Positions 38,466 through 49,184 of a DNA stretch of 64,000 bases are shown here, piece after piece. The notes beneath the pieces were generated by a model. It saw only the letters and a program-made list of their open reading frames with translations, was not told the DNA's origin and made no database searches. Source of the DNA: Alphaproteobacteria bacterium (GTDB taxonomy: Bacteria > Pseudomonadota > Alphaproteobacteria > GCA-2746255); NCBI GenBank assembly GCA_965249135.1, contig OZ252220.1:704001-768000 (forward strand), written 5' to 3'. The position numbers and the translations under genes were made by a program. Position 1 is the stretch's first letter, and each line of letters starts with the position of its first letter.

Positions 38466-40721
38466 GTGTCCACGCAAAAACACTCGCCTGAAAATTTCCC
38501 AAGCGAAGACGAAATCCTGGATTTCATCCGAGAGAGCCCCTCGCCCGTTGGCAAGCGCGAGATTGCTCGCGCCTTTCGCCTGTCCGGCAATTCCCGTCTT
38601 AGGCTCAAGGCGTCGCTGAAGGAAATGCTGGAGGAAGGGCAGATCGCGCGAAGCGCGGGCCGCCTCCTCGTCGTGCCGGACGGCCTGCCGCCGGTCGCCG
38701 TTCTCGAGATCACCGGTACGGATTCGGACGGCGAGGTGCTGGCGCGCCCTCTTTCGTGGAAGGAGACCGACGCGCCGCCGCCGATCTATGTCGCGATGGA
38801 ACGGCGCGGCCGGACGGCGCTCTGGCCGGGCGAGCGGATCCTCGCCCGCGTTCGGAAAACGAAGGATGGTGCCTACGCGGCCCGGATCATTCGCCGCATC
38901 GGCGCCGCACCGAACCGTATTCTGGGTGTCCTCGAGGAGGACGCCGGCGGCTTGCGACTGGCGCCGACGGACCGCCGCCACAAGCACACTTACGTCCTGC
39001 AAAGCCACGAAAGGAAGGGCGCGCAAGCGGGCGACCTCGTGCTCGCCGAAGTGATCCATAGTTCCAGGCGGGTGCGCGAGGCCCGCGTCGTAGAGCACTT
39101 CGGCCCCTCGGACAAGCCCCGGGCCGTCAGCCTCGTCGCCATCCACAGCCATGACATCCCAGTCGACTTTTCGCCCGAAGCCCTGGCCCAAGCGGAACAA
39201 GCCGGCGCGGCCGGGCTGAACGGCCGGCGCGACCTTCGCGAAACCCCGCTGGTGACGATCGATGGCGCCGACGCCCGTGACTTCGACGACGCCGTCTGGA
39301 CGGAAGCGGACAAGGACCCGAAGAATCTAGGCGGCTGGCACCTCCTCGTCGCCATCGCGGATGTTGCCCATTACGTTCGTCCCGGCGACGCCCTTGACCG
39401 CGTGGCCTATGAACGCGGCAATTCCGTCTACTTCCCGGACCGGGTCGTGCCGATGCTGCCCGAGCAGCTTTCGAATGGCTGGTGTTCGCTGAAGCCCGAT
39501 GAAGACCGGCCTTGCCTTGCCGCCCATCTGTGGATCGACCGGAACGGCAAGCTGCTGCGCCATAAGTTTGAGCGCGCGCTCATGCGATCGGCGGCGCGGC
39601 TCACCTATGAGCAGGTCCAGCGCGCCGAGGACGGTTTCCCCGATGCAACGACGAAGCCGTTGCTCGCCCATGTCCTTAAACCCCTTTACGGGGCCTATCG
39701 CGCGCTGAAGGCGGCGCGCGCGGAGCGCGGTACGATCGAGATCGATCTGCCGGAGCGCGTGGTCGTGTTCGATGCGGACGGCCGGCTTGCCGCCATCCGC
39801 TCCACCCAGCGTTTCGAATCCCATCACCTGATCGAGGAATGCATGATCCTCGCCAACGTGGCCGCCGCCGAAACGCTCGAAAAACATCGTGCGCCTTGCC
39901 TGTACCGCATCCACGACACGCCACCGGAGAACAAGCTGGAACCGCTTCGGGAATTCTTAAAATCCCTTAACATTCGGCTGGCCAAGGGTCAGGTCTTGCG
40001 CCCCCACCACTTCAACCAAATCCTTCAGCGTGCGGCCGACACGGCGTTTTCCGAAATCGTCAACCTCGTCGTGTTGCGCAGCCAATCGAAGGCGGAATAC
40101 AGCCCCGAGAATCACGGACATTTCGGGCTGGCGCTTCGCCGTTACTGCCACTTCACCTCGCCGATCCGCCGCTATGCCGATCTGATCGTGCATCGTTGTC
40201 TCATTCGTGCGCTCGACTTAGGGCCGGAAGGGGTGACGGCGGAAACCGAATCGAAACTCACCGAGATCGGCGAACACATCTCGCTCTTGGAACGCCGGGC
40301 GGAAACGGCCGAGCGGGATGCGACGGATCGCTACGCCACCCTTTTCCTCAGCGATCGCGTCGGCGCCGAATTCTCCGGTCAGATCGCGGGCGTTACGCGC
40401 TTCGGACTCTTCGTGACATTGGACGATACCGGCGCGGACGGCTTCATTCCCATTCGGACCCTGGGCTGGGAACACTTCATCCATGACGAGGTGCACCACT
40501 GCTTGGTAGGCGAGCGAAGTGGGCTTACTTTTCGCTTGGGTGATCGGGTTTTGGTGCGGCTTGTAGAGGCGAACACGGCGACGGGCAGTCTGCTTTTCAA
40601 ACTCATCGAGGGAGGCGCGGTCGAAAAGGCCCGCGGCCTGCCCCCCATTGGTGGGAAACGGCGGCCAAAGCGCGCCCGAAATACCCGGAAAAAGAAGGCC
40701 GCAAGGGTGCGAAAACGTTAA
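38466..40721 (+). CDS. rnr: Ribonuclease R
   Basis: TIDGADARDFDDAV, HFGLAL..YCHFTSPIRRYADL, S1 domain, basic tail. Confidence 0.93.
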   Translation: MSTQKHSPENFPSEDEILDFIRESPSPVGKREIARAFRLSGNSRLRLKASLKEMLEEGQIARSAGRLLVVPDGLPPVAVLEITGTDSDGEVLARPLSWKETDAPPPIYVAMERRGRTALWPGERILARVRKTKDGAYAARIIRRIGAAPNRILGVLEEDAGGLRLAPTDRRHKHTYVLQSHERKGAQAGDLVLAEVIHSSRRVREARVVEHFGPSDKPRAVSLVAIHSHDIPVDFSPEALAQAEQAGAAGLNGRRDLRETPLVTIDGADARDFDDAVWTEADKDPKNLGGWHLLVAIADVAHYVRPGDALDRVAYERGNSVYFPDRVVPMLPEQLSNGWCSLKPDEDRPCLAAHLWIDRNGKLLRHKFERALMRSAARLTYEQVQRAEDGFPDATTKPLLAHVLKPLYGAYRALKAARAERGTIEIDLPERVVVFDADGRLAAIRSTQRFESHHLIEECMILANVAAAETLEKHRAPCLYRIHDTPPENKLEPLREFLKSLNIRLAKGQVLRPHHFNQILQRAADTAFSEIVNLVVLRSQSKAEYSPENHGHFGLALRRYCHFTSPIRRYADLIVHRCLIRALDLGPEGVTAETESKLTEIGEHISLLERRAETAERDATDRYATLFLSDRVGAEFSGQIAGVTRFGLFVTLDDTGADGFIPIRTLGWEHFIHDEVHHCLVGERSGLTFRLGDRVLVRLVEANTATGSLLFKLIEGGAVEKARGLPPIGGKRRPKRARNTRKKKAARVRKR

Positions 40722-40729
40722 AATGCCCC

Positions 40730-42286
40730 ATGGGCACGAATCATAAGAACACGAACCCTAAGAAGAAGTGGAGGCGGCGATGCCTCCCTTCGGCGCTTAC
40801 CGCCACCCTCCTTCTTTTTTCGGCCTGTGCAACCGAGCGGCCGCTTACCGAAGCGCGCCCCATCGATGCGCCGACGGCCGTCTTTGCTGCGGGCTATGGT
40901 GGCATCATCGCAAAATACATCGAGCAGAAGACGGCCGGCGAATTGGCGCTCGAAGCCCTCCAGGGACTTTCGGCCGTCGACCCGGCATTCAAGGTCGAGG
41001 CGCGAGGCAACTTGCTTCGCCTAAGCCAGGGCGATCGCCTGCTTCGAGTCGGCGTCGCCTCGGCGCCTCGGAACCTCGATGGCTGGGCGAGCTTAAGCGC
41101 GGACTTCCTTGCCGTCTCCCTGGCGAACCTCTCGCCCGACATCGAAGCCGACGAGGACGCCTTCATGGCGGTGATGTTTGATCGTGTGCTTGGTTCGCTG
41201 GATGAATATTCGCGCTATGCCGGCGCGCGACTGGCGTTGCGCCAACGTGAAAAACGCAAGGGCTATAGCGGCGTGGGCCTGCAGGTACATGACTTCGAAG
41301 GGGCCTTCCTGGTGACGGACGTGATCCCGGACAGTCCCGCCAAGAAGGCCGGCATCCAACCCTCGGACGAAATCCTGAAAATCAATGACTTTTCCGTCGA
41401 GGGCCTCGACATCGCGGGCGTGTTTCGCCGGCTTCGCGGCCCCGTCAGCAGCAAACTCGCCCTCGTCCTGCGAAGGCCGAACGTTCCTGACCCGATTGAA
41501 GTCACGCTTTATCGTCAGCATGTGTTTGCACCGACCGTCGAATACAAACGCCGTGATTCCATCGCCTATTTCCAACTCAGCGGTTTTAACCGCGACACCG
41601 CCCGAAGCCTTACCCGCCATTTGCACAAGGCCGAGGAAAAAATCAACCCGCCGCTTCAAGGAATCGTTCTCGATCTTCGCGGCAATCCGGGAGGTTTGAT
41701 GGACCAGGCGATCGCCGTCGCCGACCATTTTCTCGAATCGGATGGGATTATTTATACGCGCGGCCGTCATTCGAACAGCAGCCATATCTACAACGCCGTT
41801 GCGGGCGATATTGGTAACGGCCTGCCGATCGTCATTCTTCTGAATGGCAAAAGCGCTTCTTCCGCCGAGATCGTCGCCGGCGCGCTCCAGGATCGGCACC
41901 GCGCGCTCGTCGTCGGCAGCCGGTCCTATGGCAAGGGCACCGTCCAGACGATCCTTCCCTTACCCAACGGCGCAGAAATTACGCTCACCTGGTCACTTAT
42001 CTATACGCCTTCCGGTGGCACCCTGAACAAAATCGGCATTCTGCCGGACGTCTGCACGGCGGGCCTTAAGGGAAAAGCGTCAAGCCTGCTTCGCGAGATG
42101 GTAAGCAAGCGGCACACAAGCCCGGAGCGCGCAAGAAAAGCCGACTGCCCCCCGCTTCGCACGGAAAGCCCACTCGACCTTTCCATTGCCGAGGGGCTTT
42201 TGGGAAACACCGCCCTCTATGCAAGCCTGCTTAAAGAAACGCGTGAGGAAATCGCCGATAAAGAAAGGCTATCGCCCGAAGACTAG
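40730..42286 (+). CDS. S41 (CtpA-like) carboxy-terminal protease, PDZ-containing lipoprotein
   Basis: Lipobox FSAC, LDLRGNPGG, SASSAEIVAGALQD, GKGTVQ. Confidence 0.88.
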   Translation: MGTNHKNTNPKKKWRRRCLPSALTATLLLFSACATERPLTEARPIDAPTAVFAAGYGGIIAKYIEQKTAGELALEALQGLSAVDPAFKVEARGNLLRLSQGDRLLRVGVASAPRNLDGWASLSADFLAVSLANLSPDIEADEDAFMAVMFDRVLGSLDEYSRYAGARLALRQREKRKGYSGVGLQVHDFEGAFLVTDVIPDSPAKKAGIQPSDEILKINDFSVEGLDIAGVFRRLRGPVSSKLALVLRRPNVPDPIEVTLYRQHVFAPTVEYKRRDSIAYFQLSGFNRDTARSLTRHLHKAEEKINPPLQGIVLDLRGNPGGLMDQAIAVADHFLESDGIIYTRGRHSNSSHIYNAVAGDIGNGLPIVILLNGKSASSAEIVAGALQDRHRALVVGSRSYGKGTVQTILPLPNGAEITLTWSLIYTPSGGTLNKIGILPDVCTAGLKGKASSLLREMVSKRHTSPERARKADCPPLRTESPLDLSIAEGLLGNTALYASLLKETREEIADKERLSPED

Positions 42287-42376
42287 GCTGCTCCCGCATA
42301 TTGCTTGACAGAACCCGCGGAAAGGCTAAGTTGGCGGCCCCGAAGCGGGGACCAAAGCGTCTAGGGATCTTGAGAA

Positions 42377-42547
42377 ATGGCGAAATCGAAGAACACCGTC
42401 CTGATCAAGCTGGTGAGTTCGGCCAAGACCGGCTACTACTACCTTCGGAAGAAGAACCCGAGGAAATTGACGGAGAAGATCGAGCTTAAGAAGTACGACC
42501 CCGTCGTCCGCAAGCACGTTCTCTTTAAGGAAGCAAAACTGAAATAG
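42377..42547 (+). CDS. rpmG: 50S ribosomal protein L33 (not in the ORF track)
   Basis: [56 protein letters not shown]. Confidence 0.95.
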   Translation: MAKSKNTVLIKLVSSAKTGYYYLRKKNPRKLTEKIELKKYDPVVRKHVLFKEAKLK

Positions 42548-42579
42548 GCTTAAGCCCACCTGGCTTGCCTTCTCTCGAT

Positions 42580-42598
42580 CGCCCGCGGGCGGTTTTTT
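42580..42598 (+). terminator. Putative terminator after rpmG
   Basis: CGCCCGCGGGCG hairpin followed by a T run, between convergent rpmG and pleD. Confidence 0.45.
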
Positions 42599-42627
42599 GC
42601 TGCCTAGATTTTTTTATAACTACTTGA

Positions 42628-44031
42628 TTAAGCGGAACATTCGATGTCGTCATCGGCGTCGTCGATCACCCACACCTTGTTGCGGCCGAGCGCCTTTGCC
42701 TTGTACATGGCGGAATCGGCCCGTTTGAGCAGTTTCTCCGCCGTATCGGACGGCCCGACGATCTGGGCGCAGCCAAGGCTCACGGTGACGGTGATGTGTT
42801 CGTCCGAACCCACGACGATCGTCCGATCGGAAAGCCCTGCGCGAACGCGCTCGGCCGTTGCCCGCACGAACTGCATCGAACAGTCCGGCATGACGACGAT
42901 GAATTCCTCTCCGCCGAGCCGCGTGACGAGGTCGAAGCTTCGAACATTCTCGCGGATACGTTTTGCCACTTCTTTCAAGACTTCGTCGCCCGTCGAATGG
43001 CCGTAGCGGTCGTTCACCTCCTTGAAGTGATCGACATCGATCATCATCAAGGTCAGGGCCTTCATGTCATGGATGGCTTCCCCTATCATCCGGGGCAGAT
43101 GGGTCTCCAGGTAACGCCGGTTATAGAGGCCGGAAAGGCTGTCCGTAACCGCCATCGCCAGGCTGTCGCGGTAATCGCTGCTCAGCCGTTCCTGATAGCG
43201 CCGGTGACGGATCTGCGTGCGGCTTCGAAGTATAAGCTCGCTGCTCTCGATCGGCCGGACCAAATAGTCATGGACACCGACCTCGAACGCCTTGGCTAGG
43301 ATTTCCTGTTCGTGCTCCTCGACGAGGACGAGTATAGGTAAGTTGCGAAGCTCTTCACGGGCACGCAGTTGGGCCACAAGCCTTAGCGAATCTTCCTTCA
43401 ATAAATCCATGCTGAGGATGACGAGCTCATACGAATCCTCAAGCGCCGAGTCGATTGCTACCGTGCCGTCCTCGAAAATCGTGACGTCGTCGTCTACGTG
43501 CGTCTGCAGGGTTTCCCGAATACGGTCGGCGCTGGCCGCGTTGTCTTCGATCACAAGAACGTTCGCCTTGCTGGCGTCTTCCCGGGAAATGGCCGGCATG
43601 CCATATTCGAGGCCGAGCTGCTCATAGGTCTCCGCCCGGCTCCGGAAGGCATCCATCATCATCTTGAGGCGCGTCAGATTGTGAACCCGCGCAAGCAGCG
43701 CCTTGTCATTGACCGGCTTCGTCAAAAAGTCGTCGGCGCCTGCCTCGAGGCCATGAATGCGATCCTTCGTCTCGCTCAATGCCGTCACCATGACGATCGG
43801 AATGTGAGCGGTTCTGGGGTTCGCTTTCACCTTCTCGCACACTTCAAAACCGTTCATGCCAGGCATCATCACGTCGAGAAGCACGATGTCTGGAGATTCC
43901 TTTTCGATCAACTCGAGTGCGGAGGGGCCGTCTACTGCCGTGATAACGTCGAAGTACTCGCTCGAAAGACGCGCTTCCAGTAACTTCACGTTTGCCGGTA
44001 TATCATCGACGATTAGGACTCGCGCGGTCAT
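42628..44031 (-). CDS. pleD: REC-REC-GGDEF diguanylate cyclase
   Basis: MTARVLIVDDIPANVKLLEARL, LLDVMMP, RxxD I-site (RSFD), GGEEF. Follows divK. Confidence 0.93.
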   Translation of the reverse strand: MTARVLIVDDIPANVKLLEARLSSEYFDVITAVDGPSALELIEKESPDIVLLDVMMPGMNGFEVCEKVKANPRTAHIPIVMVTALSETKDRIHGLEAGADDFLTKPVNDKALLARVHNLTRLKMMMDAFRSRAETYEQLGLEYGMPAISREDASKANVLVIEDNAASADRIRETLQTHVDDDVTIFEDGTVAIDSALEDSYELVILSMDLLKEDSLRLVAQLRAREELRNLPILVLVEEHEQEILAKAFEVGVHDYLVRPIESSELILRSRTQIRHRRYQERLSSDYRDSLAMAVTDSLSGLYNRRYLETHLPRMIGEAIHDMKALTLMMIDVDHFKEVNDRYGHSTGDEVLKEVAKRIRENVRSFDLVTRLGGEEFIVVMPDCSMQFVRATAERVRAGLSDRTIVVGSDEHITVTVSLGCAQIVGPSDTAEKLLKRADSAMYKAKALGRNKVWVIDDADDDIECSA

Positions 44032-44044
44032 CGTGCCTACTGCC

Positions 44045-44410
44045 CTAGCCTAGAACCTTCTTGATGGTCTCCAGGAAGTGGGGAACCGAAATCGGCTTTG
44101 CGATATAGGCCTCGCAACCGCCTTCCCGAATCTTTTCCTCGTCCCCCTTCATTGCAAAGGCGGTCACCGCGATGACGGGAATCGACTTCAGCGCTTCGTC
44201 TTCCTTGATCTGTTTCGTAATGGCCAACCCGGAAATTTCCGGAAGCTGAATATCCATCAGCACAAGATCCGGCCGTTGTTCGCGAACGATCTCAAGCGCT
44301 TCGTAGCCATCCTTCGTCTGCAACGTGCGATAGCCGTTCGCCACCAGGAGGTCCTGGAACAGCTTCATGTTCAGTTCGTTGTCTTCGACGATTAGGATGG
44401 TCTTCGGCAT
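44045..44410 (-). CDS. divK: Single-domain response regulator
   Basis: [51 protein letters not shown]. Confidence 0.93.
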   Translation of the reverse strand: MPKTILIVEDNELNMKLFQDLLVANGYRTLQTKDGYEALEIVREQRPDLVLMDIQLPEISGLAITKQIKEDEALKSIPVIAVTAFAMKGDEEKIREGGCEAYIAKPISVPHFLETIKKVLG

Positions 44411-44453
44411 TCTAAGGCCCCAGCTTGTTTTTTTAAGTTTTAAACAAGGATGG

Positions 44454-44468
44454 TTAGCATATTCTTAA
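44454..44468 (-). promoter_or_regulatory. CtrA-box-like site upstream of divK
   Basis: Minus strand TTAA-GAATATG-CTAA(C). Confidence 0.5.
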
Positions 44469-44533
44469 GGTTTCCCCGGCCCAAACAGCCGCTTTCCAAT
44501 GAATTTTGGTGAAAGCGGCGGCGGGCCAAGGGC

Positions 44534-45348
44534 TTAGCACTCCGGCTTGGGCAGCCAATCGATCCGCTCGAGCGTGCCGATGATCGTGAAGTCCCCGTGA
44601 TCGAAAACCATGCGTTCGGCAACGCCCGACCTCAGCAAGCGCACACCGATTTCGACTTCCGGCACGGCGTCGACCGTGCTGAATGGGAAATAGGCGAATC
44701 GTACCAGCCAGCCACGCGCGCCGGAAAGCCGTGCGAGGCTTTCCTCCTCCTTCGCCGGCTCGGCGATGAAGGGCTTGCCGATGAAGGCACTGACATTGTA
44801 AACGCCGTCCACCTTCGTCCCGTCATACAAGGGGGCCTGATAGATCTGCGCGTCGGCATCGGCGTGTTCGAGCAGGCCAAGCAGGTGTTCGGTCGGGAAG
44901 ATGACGGATGCGGGTAGATCCAGCGTCGTGTCCGATGGTTTCGAGAAGGTGACGCTGCCCGCCTCCCCCTTCGCCGGGATTTCCGCCCGGCCGAGCAGTT
45001 CTTCCCGAACCTTCCCGTTATTCCGATGCACATAATTGAAATGGAATTGAAGCCCGTCGCGGGATTCCCAGCTCGTATAGCGAACCTCGGCAAGGGACTC
45101 CTCGCCCAGGCTGTTCAACAGGACGAGCTGCGTGCTTTGCACGGATTCCCAGCCCTCACAGGATTTGGCCACTTCCATGACGAAGCCGCCGCTGGCGTTG
45201 AGGATCTGGCTGTTGCGCTTCACCTCGCCGATCGTGGCCGAGTAATAGGCCCGGTGCGAAACGAGCCCCGCCCCCGCCAGGGCCCCCTGGAAGGGGAAAA
45301 AAGAAGAAAAAACAAGAGACCGGGGATGCCCCCTCGACGGGCCGTCAT
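44534..45348 (-). pseudogene. eipB: EipB (DUF1849) cell-envelope integrity protein, with the start separated from the body by a homopolymer frameshift
   Basis: L.SHRAYY...G..V.E....CEGW...YTSWESRDG...FPTEHL. RBS GGAGGGAG and ATG 45348 (MTARRGGIPGLLFFLL) are one nt out of frame across the A6 runs at 45297-45312. Confidence 0.7.
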
Positions 45349-45386
45349 CACGCGTCTCCCTCCGTTTCGCCGCGCTCAAGCGCCGG

Positions 45387-45451
45387 CGGCAAGACCCAGG
45401 GCCGACGGCAAGACCCGGGGCCGACGGCAAGACCCGGGGCCGGCGGCAAGA
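45387..45451. repeat. 19-bp tandem repeat (3.4 copies, CGGCAAGACCCRGGGCCGR)
   Basis: Units start at 45387, 45406, 45425 and 45444 (partial). Confidence 0.85.
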
Positions 45452-45564
45452 AAAGACAAGGCAAATTCCGCCGACGGTACCGGCAAGAATGAGCCACTGG
45501 GCAATTTTTACCCCCTTCGTTTCCGGAGAACAACCCTAACCTATTCATTTTTCAAACTTTTTTC

Positions 45565-45581
45565 TTGGCATACCCCTTGCT
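45565..45581 (+). promoter_or_regulatory. Sigma54 (-24/-12) promoter of the GGDEF gene
   Basis: TTGGCATACCCCTTGCT with GG (45567-68)-N10-GC (45579-80). AT-rich tract upstream. Confidence 0.75.
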
Positions 45582-45667
45582 TCTTAACTTGGTATCCGCC
45601 AAACGGGCGTGCGAAGGAAATGAGATCCGGGCGTGCACCCGGGCGTGCAAGGAAAACGAGATCGATT

Positions 45668-46414
45668 ATGAGGACGGCGAAGCTCCAACCCGAGACGACG
45701 GGCCAAAAATTCCTGGCAAGGAACCTTGTCCAAGGGGACGGCCTTAAGCTTGGGCCTGCGCGTACGAAATGCTTGCAGCCCTGGGAGGAACATCTCCAGG
45801 GCGTCAGCCAACTGACGCTGCTCGAGCAGGCCTTGCGAATGGCGGCCGATGCCGAACGCCGACTGGCCGCGCAAGCCGACCGCATCGCCCGGCTCGAGGT
45901 CCTGACGATGACGGACGAATTGACCGGACTTCTCAACCGGCGTGGCTTCGATGCGCAACTCGGTCACGCGCTGGCCACGGCAAACCGCAACGGATCGACC
46001 GGCATCCTGGCCACCTCCGACGTCGACAATTTCAAGGAAATCAACGATCACTTTGGCCATCCGATCGGGGACGAGGTCTTGCGCGAACTCGCCCGCCGGA
46101 TCCTGGCGAACGTGCGCGAGACGGACTATGTCGCCCGGATCGGTGGCGACGAATTCGCTGTCCTGATGGTTGAAACGGAAATTGCCTATGGGCTGCGCCG
46201 GATCAAATCCTTGAACCAGTTGATCGGGCGAAGCGTCGTCACCTTGAACGGCCATCGTATTCCGGTCCATGTCAGCTTTGGGGTGGAAACCTTCGGTCCC
46301 GGCGACCGGAAAAAGGATCTGATCGGGCGGGCGGACGCCGCCATGTTCGACAGCAAGCGGCGGAAGGCTCACACATCCTCCGCCCCGGCCGCCTTGCTCA
46401 CCGACAGCCGTTAA
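45668..46414 (+). CDS. Diguanylate cyclase (coiled coil plus GGDEF)
   Basis: TDELTGLLNRRGF, D.DNFK.IND.FGH..GD, RETD I-site, RIGGDEF. Confidence 0.88.
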   Translation: MRTAKLQPETTGQKFLARNLVQGDGLKLGPARTKCLQPWEEHLQGVSQLTLLEQALRMAADAERRLAAQADRIARLEVLTMTDELTGLLNRRGFDAQLGHALATANRNGSTGILATSDVDNFKEINDHFGHPIGDEVLRELARRILANVRETDYVARIGGDEFAVLMVETEIAYGLRRIKSLNQLIGRSVVTLNGHRIPVHVSFGVETFGPGDRKKDLIGRADAAMFDSKRRKAHTSSAPAALLTDSR

Positions 46415-47109
46415 CCCGCTTCCTTACAATTCGTCCCCACGCCTTCGACACCGCAAAGCTGCACCCGCCAGGGGCTAGGCACGCCGGCTTCCAGAAGCCG
46501 CGCCATCGCGTCTGCGATCTCGGCCTCGGAATAGGGACCGGCGACCACCCGGTAGTAGCGTTCGCCGCGAATGAAGGCGGTCACGATATAGGGGGCATGG
46601 GCGGCATACTTTTCAGCCACGCGCACCGCATTCGTTCGGAAACGATAGCTGCCAAGCGCGAGGAAGGTGGCCTCGACATGCGGTACTCCCGGATAGACCC
46701 AGCGCTCGTCCACAAACCTGACGGGCGCCAGCGCCGCCATTTCTTCATCCTTCTCCGAGACTGCCGCCGCCTCCGATCCCGCCTCCGGCAGCGCCTCGGC
46801 GACGTTGAGCGGCGCCGAAACACCGGCCAGCACCACGCCCTGCTCGGTCGTGCCTTCCTTGCGGCAGATGCTTTCGCCCTGAACGATCCGGTAAAGGGCA
46901 CAATCCTCTTGTGCCGCATACGAAATCGCATGGTCGGAAACGGTCCGGCCGCTCGCCATATAGGACACGCCGTCCACGGCCAGGCTCGCCACCGTCACGG
47001 CGGGCGGCAGAGCACAGCCGCCGGCCACGAACGGCAACGACACGACCGCCGCCATCCCGATCGTCTTGCAGAGAAGTTTCACCACGTCCTGCATCGGATT
47101 TCCCGCCAT
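46411..47109 (-). CDS. SPOR-domain lipoprotein
   Basis: Lipobox AGGC, SDHAIS....EDC, C-terminal LALGSY....NA...YYRVVAGPY. Confidence 0.7.
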   Translation of the reverse strand: MAGNPMQDVVKLLCKTIGMAAVVSLPFVAGGCALPPAVTVASLAVDGVSYMASGRTVSDHAISYAAQEDCALYRIVQGESICRKEGTTEQGVVLAGVSAPLNVAEALPEAGSEAAAVSEKDEEMAALAPVRFVDERWVYPGVPHVEATFLALGSYRFRTNAVRVAEKYAAHAPYIVTAFIRGERYYRVVAGPYSEAEIADAMARLLEAGVPSPWRVQLCGVEGVGTNCKEAG

Positions 47110-47150
47110 TGCGAACGCGTCTAAGCTTGTTCAGATTTAAAGGGCGCGTC

Positions 47151-47165
47151 TTAACGAATCGTTAA
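47151..47165. promoter_or_regulatory. Perfect CtrA box upstream of the SPOR lipoprotein gene
   Basis: TTAA-CGAATCG-TTAA, with further TTAA half-sites nearby. Confidence 0.7.
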
Positions 47166-47215
47166 GAATTAAGTCTAAGTTCAGGTGAATAAAGATAAAA
47201 TTCACGCCGACCGGC

Positions 47216-49006
47216 CTATTCCTCTTTTTTCTTAGGCGGCGGGAGTTCACGGAGATGCAGCTCACCAAGCCGCTTCGGCGTCACCGGCGAGGGCGCCTGC
47301 ATCAAAAGATCCTCGGCGTTCTGGTTCATCGGAAACGGAATCACCTCGCGGATGTTCGGCTCACCGGCAAGCAGCATGACGATACGGTCAAGGCCCGGCG
47401 CAACGCCCCCATGGGGTGGCGCGCCGAACTTGAGCGCGTTTAACATGCCGCCAAAGCGCGACTCGACGTCCGCTTGCGAATAACCGGCGATGGCGAAGGC
47501 CTTGTACATGACGTCCGGCAGGTGGTTACGGATTGCGCCGCTCGACAGTTCGACCCCGTTGCAGACGATGTCGTACTGATAGGCCTTGATGCGAAGGGGG
47601 TCTTCCTTTTCCAGCGCTTCCAGTCCTCCTTGCGGCATCGAAAAGGGGTTGTGGCTGAATCCAATTTTCCCGGTTTCCTCATCCAGCTGATAGAGCGGGT
47701 AATCGGTGATCCAGCAAAATCGAAAGGCGTCCTTCTCCAGCAGGTCCAGATCATGGCTGAGCTTGTCGCGGACGGTGCCGACGAACTTCGCCGATGCAGG
47801 TTTCGAATCGCAGACAAAGAAAAGGGAATCGCCATCGCCCACGCCGGCCGTCTCACGCAAAGCCCGCAGGCGTGCCTCGTCCAGGAACTTCGCGATCGGC
47901 CCCTTGGCAGTCCCTTTCTCAAACACGATGTAGCCGAGCCCCGCCGCCCCTTCCTCCCGCGCCCATTCGTTCAACTTGTCGAAGAAACTCCGTGGCCGCG
48001 AGGCGGTGTCGGGACCGGGGATGGCGCGAACGACGGCGCCCTTCTCGATCGCACCGGCAAAAATCTTGAAGTCCGACCCCCGAAAGGCCTCCGTCACGTC
48101 GGAAACGCGCAACGGATTGCGCAGGTCCGGCTTGTCCGTGCCGAAGATCTCCATGGCTTCGTCGTACGGAATCCGCGGGAAAGGCTGCGGGTTCACGGAC
48201 CGGCCGGCCGCGAACTCTTCGAACAGGCCATGCAGCACCGGCTCGATGGCTTCGAAGACGTCCTCCTGGGTCACGAAGGACACCTCGATATCGAGTTGGT
48301 AGAACTCGCCGGGCGAGCGGTCGGCGCGCGCGTCTTCGTCGCGAAAGCAGGGTGCAATCTGAAAGTAGCGATCGAATCCCGCCACCATCAGAAGCTGCTT
48401 GTACTGCTGCGGCGCCTGGGGAAGCGCGTAGAAACAACCGGGATGAAGGCGGCTCGGGACCAGGTAGTCGCGGGCACCTTCCGGTGAGCTGGACGTCAGG
48501 ATCGGCGTCTGAAATTCCGTGAAGCCGGCCTCCGTCATGCGGCGGCGAATGCTTGTGACGATGCCCGTGCGAAGCAGCATGTTCGCATGCATCTTTTCCC
48601 GGCGCAGATCGAGGAAACGGTATCTGAGGCGCGTTTCCTCCGGATAGTCCATCTCGCTGTTGACCTGCAGCGGCAGCATGTCGGCGGCCGACTGGACGGC
48701 GAACGCCTCGATCCGGACCTCGACATCGCCGGTCGGTAGCTCCGGGTTCGCCGTATCTTCGGAACGCGCAACGACCTTCCCGGTGACGGTGATGACGCTT
48801 TCCGTGCGCGTGTCCTCGGCGAGTTGAAAGATCGGACTCGTCGTCTCGACGACGCATTGGGAAAGCCCATAATGGTCACGAAGGTCGACAAAGAGCAGGC
48901 CGCCATGGTCGCGCTTGCGATGGATCCAGCCGGAAAGCCGCACAACCTCACCGACATGGGAGAGCCGTAACTCGCCGCAGGTATGGGTCCGGTAAGGGTG
49001 CATCAT
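47216..49006 (-). CDS. aspS: Aspartate-tRNA(Asp/Asn) ligase
   Basis: [14 protein letters not shown] (His typical of the non-discriminating type), [18 protein letters not shown]. Confidence 0.96.
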   Translation of the reverse strand: MMHPYRTHTCGELRLSHVGEVVRLSGWIHRKRDHGGLLFVDLRDHYGLSQCVVETTSPIFQLAEDTRTESVITVTGKVVARSEDTANPELPTGDVEVRIEAFAVQSAADMLPLQVNSEMDYPEETRLRYRFLDLRREKMHANMLLRTGIVTSIRRRMTEAGFTEFQTPILTSSSPEGARDYLVPSRLHPGCFYALPQAPQQYKQLLMVAGFDRYFQIAPCFRDEDARADRSPGEFYQLDIEVSFVTQEDVFEAIEPVLHGLFEEFAAGRSVNPQPFPRIPYDEAMEIFGTDKPDLRNPLRVSDVTEAFRGSDFKIFAGAIEKGAVVRAIPGPDTASRPRSFFDKLNEWAREEGAAGLGYIVFEKGTAKGPIAKFLDEARLRALRETAGVGDGDSLFFVCDSKPASAKFVGTVRDKLSHDLDLLEKDAFRFCWITDYPLYQLDEETGKIGFSHNPFSMPQGGLEALEKEDPLRIKAYQYDIVCNGVELSSGAIRNHLPDVMYKAFAIAGYSQADVESRFGGMLNALKFGAPPHGGVAPGLDRIVMLLAGEPNIREVIPFPMNQNAEDLLMQAPSPVTPKRLGELHLRELPPPKKKEE

Positions 49007-49184
49007 CCTCCGTCTCCGGCGGCAGAGGCTGCCAATCGGTAACGTGTCTGCGCGTCCCGCGGGCAGCCGTGACGGCGGGAACAGCGCACGAAACAATCCA
49101 GTTTGTCAAGGCGTCTCGATCACCCTTGTCAGCCACAAGGGACTTCGCTTTCGCCGATACCCGTTTTTCGTGTATAGCTCGCCC

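Noticed and set aside
45387-45451. 19-bp repeats as a CRISPR array
   Set aside because: Units are directly adjacent with no spacers, too short, and no cas operon is nearby.
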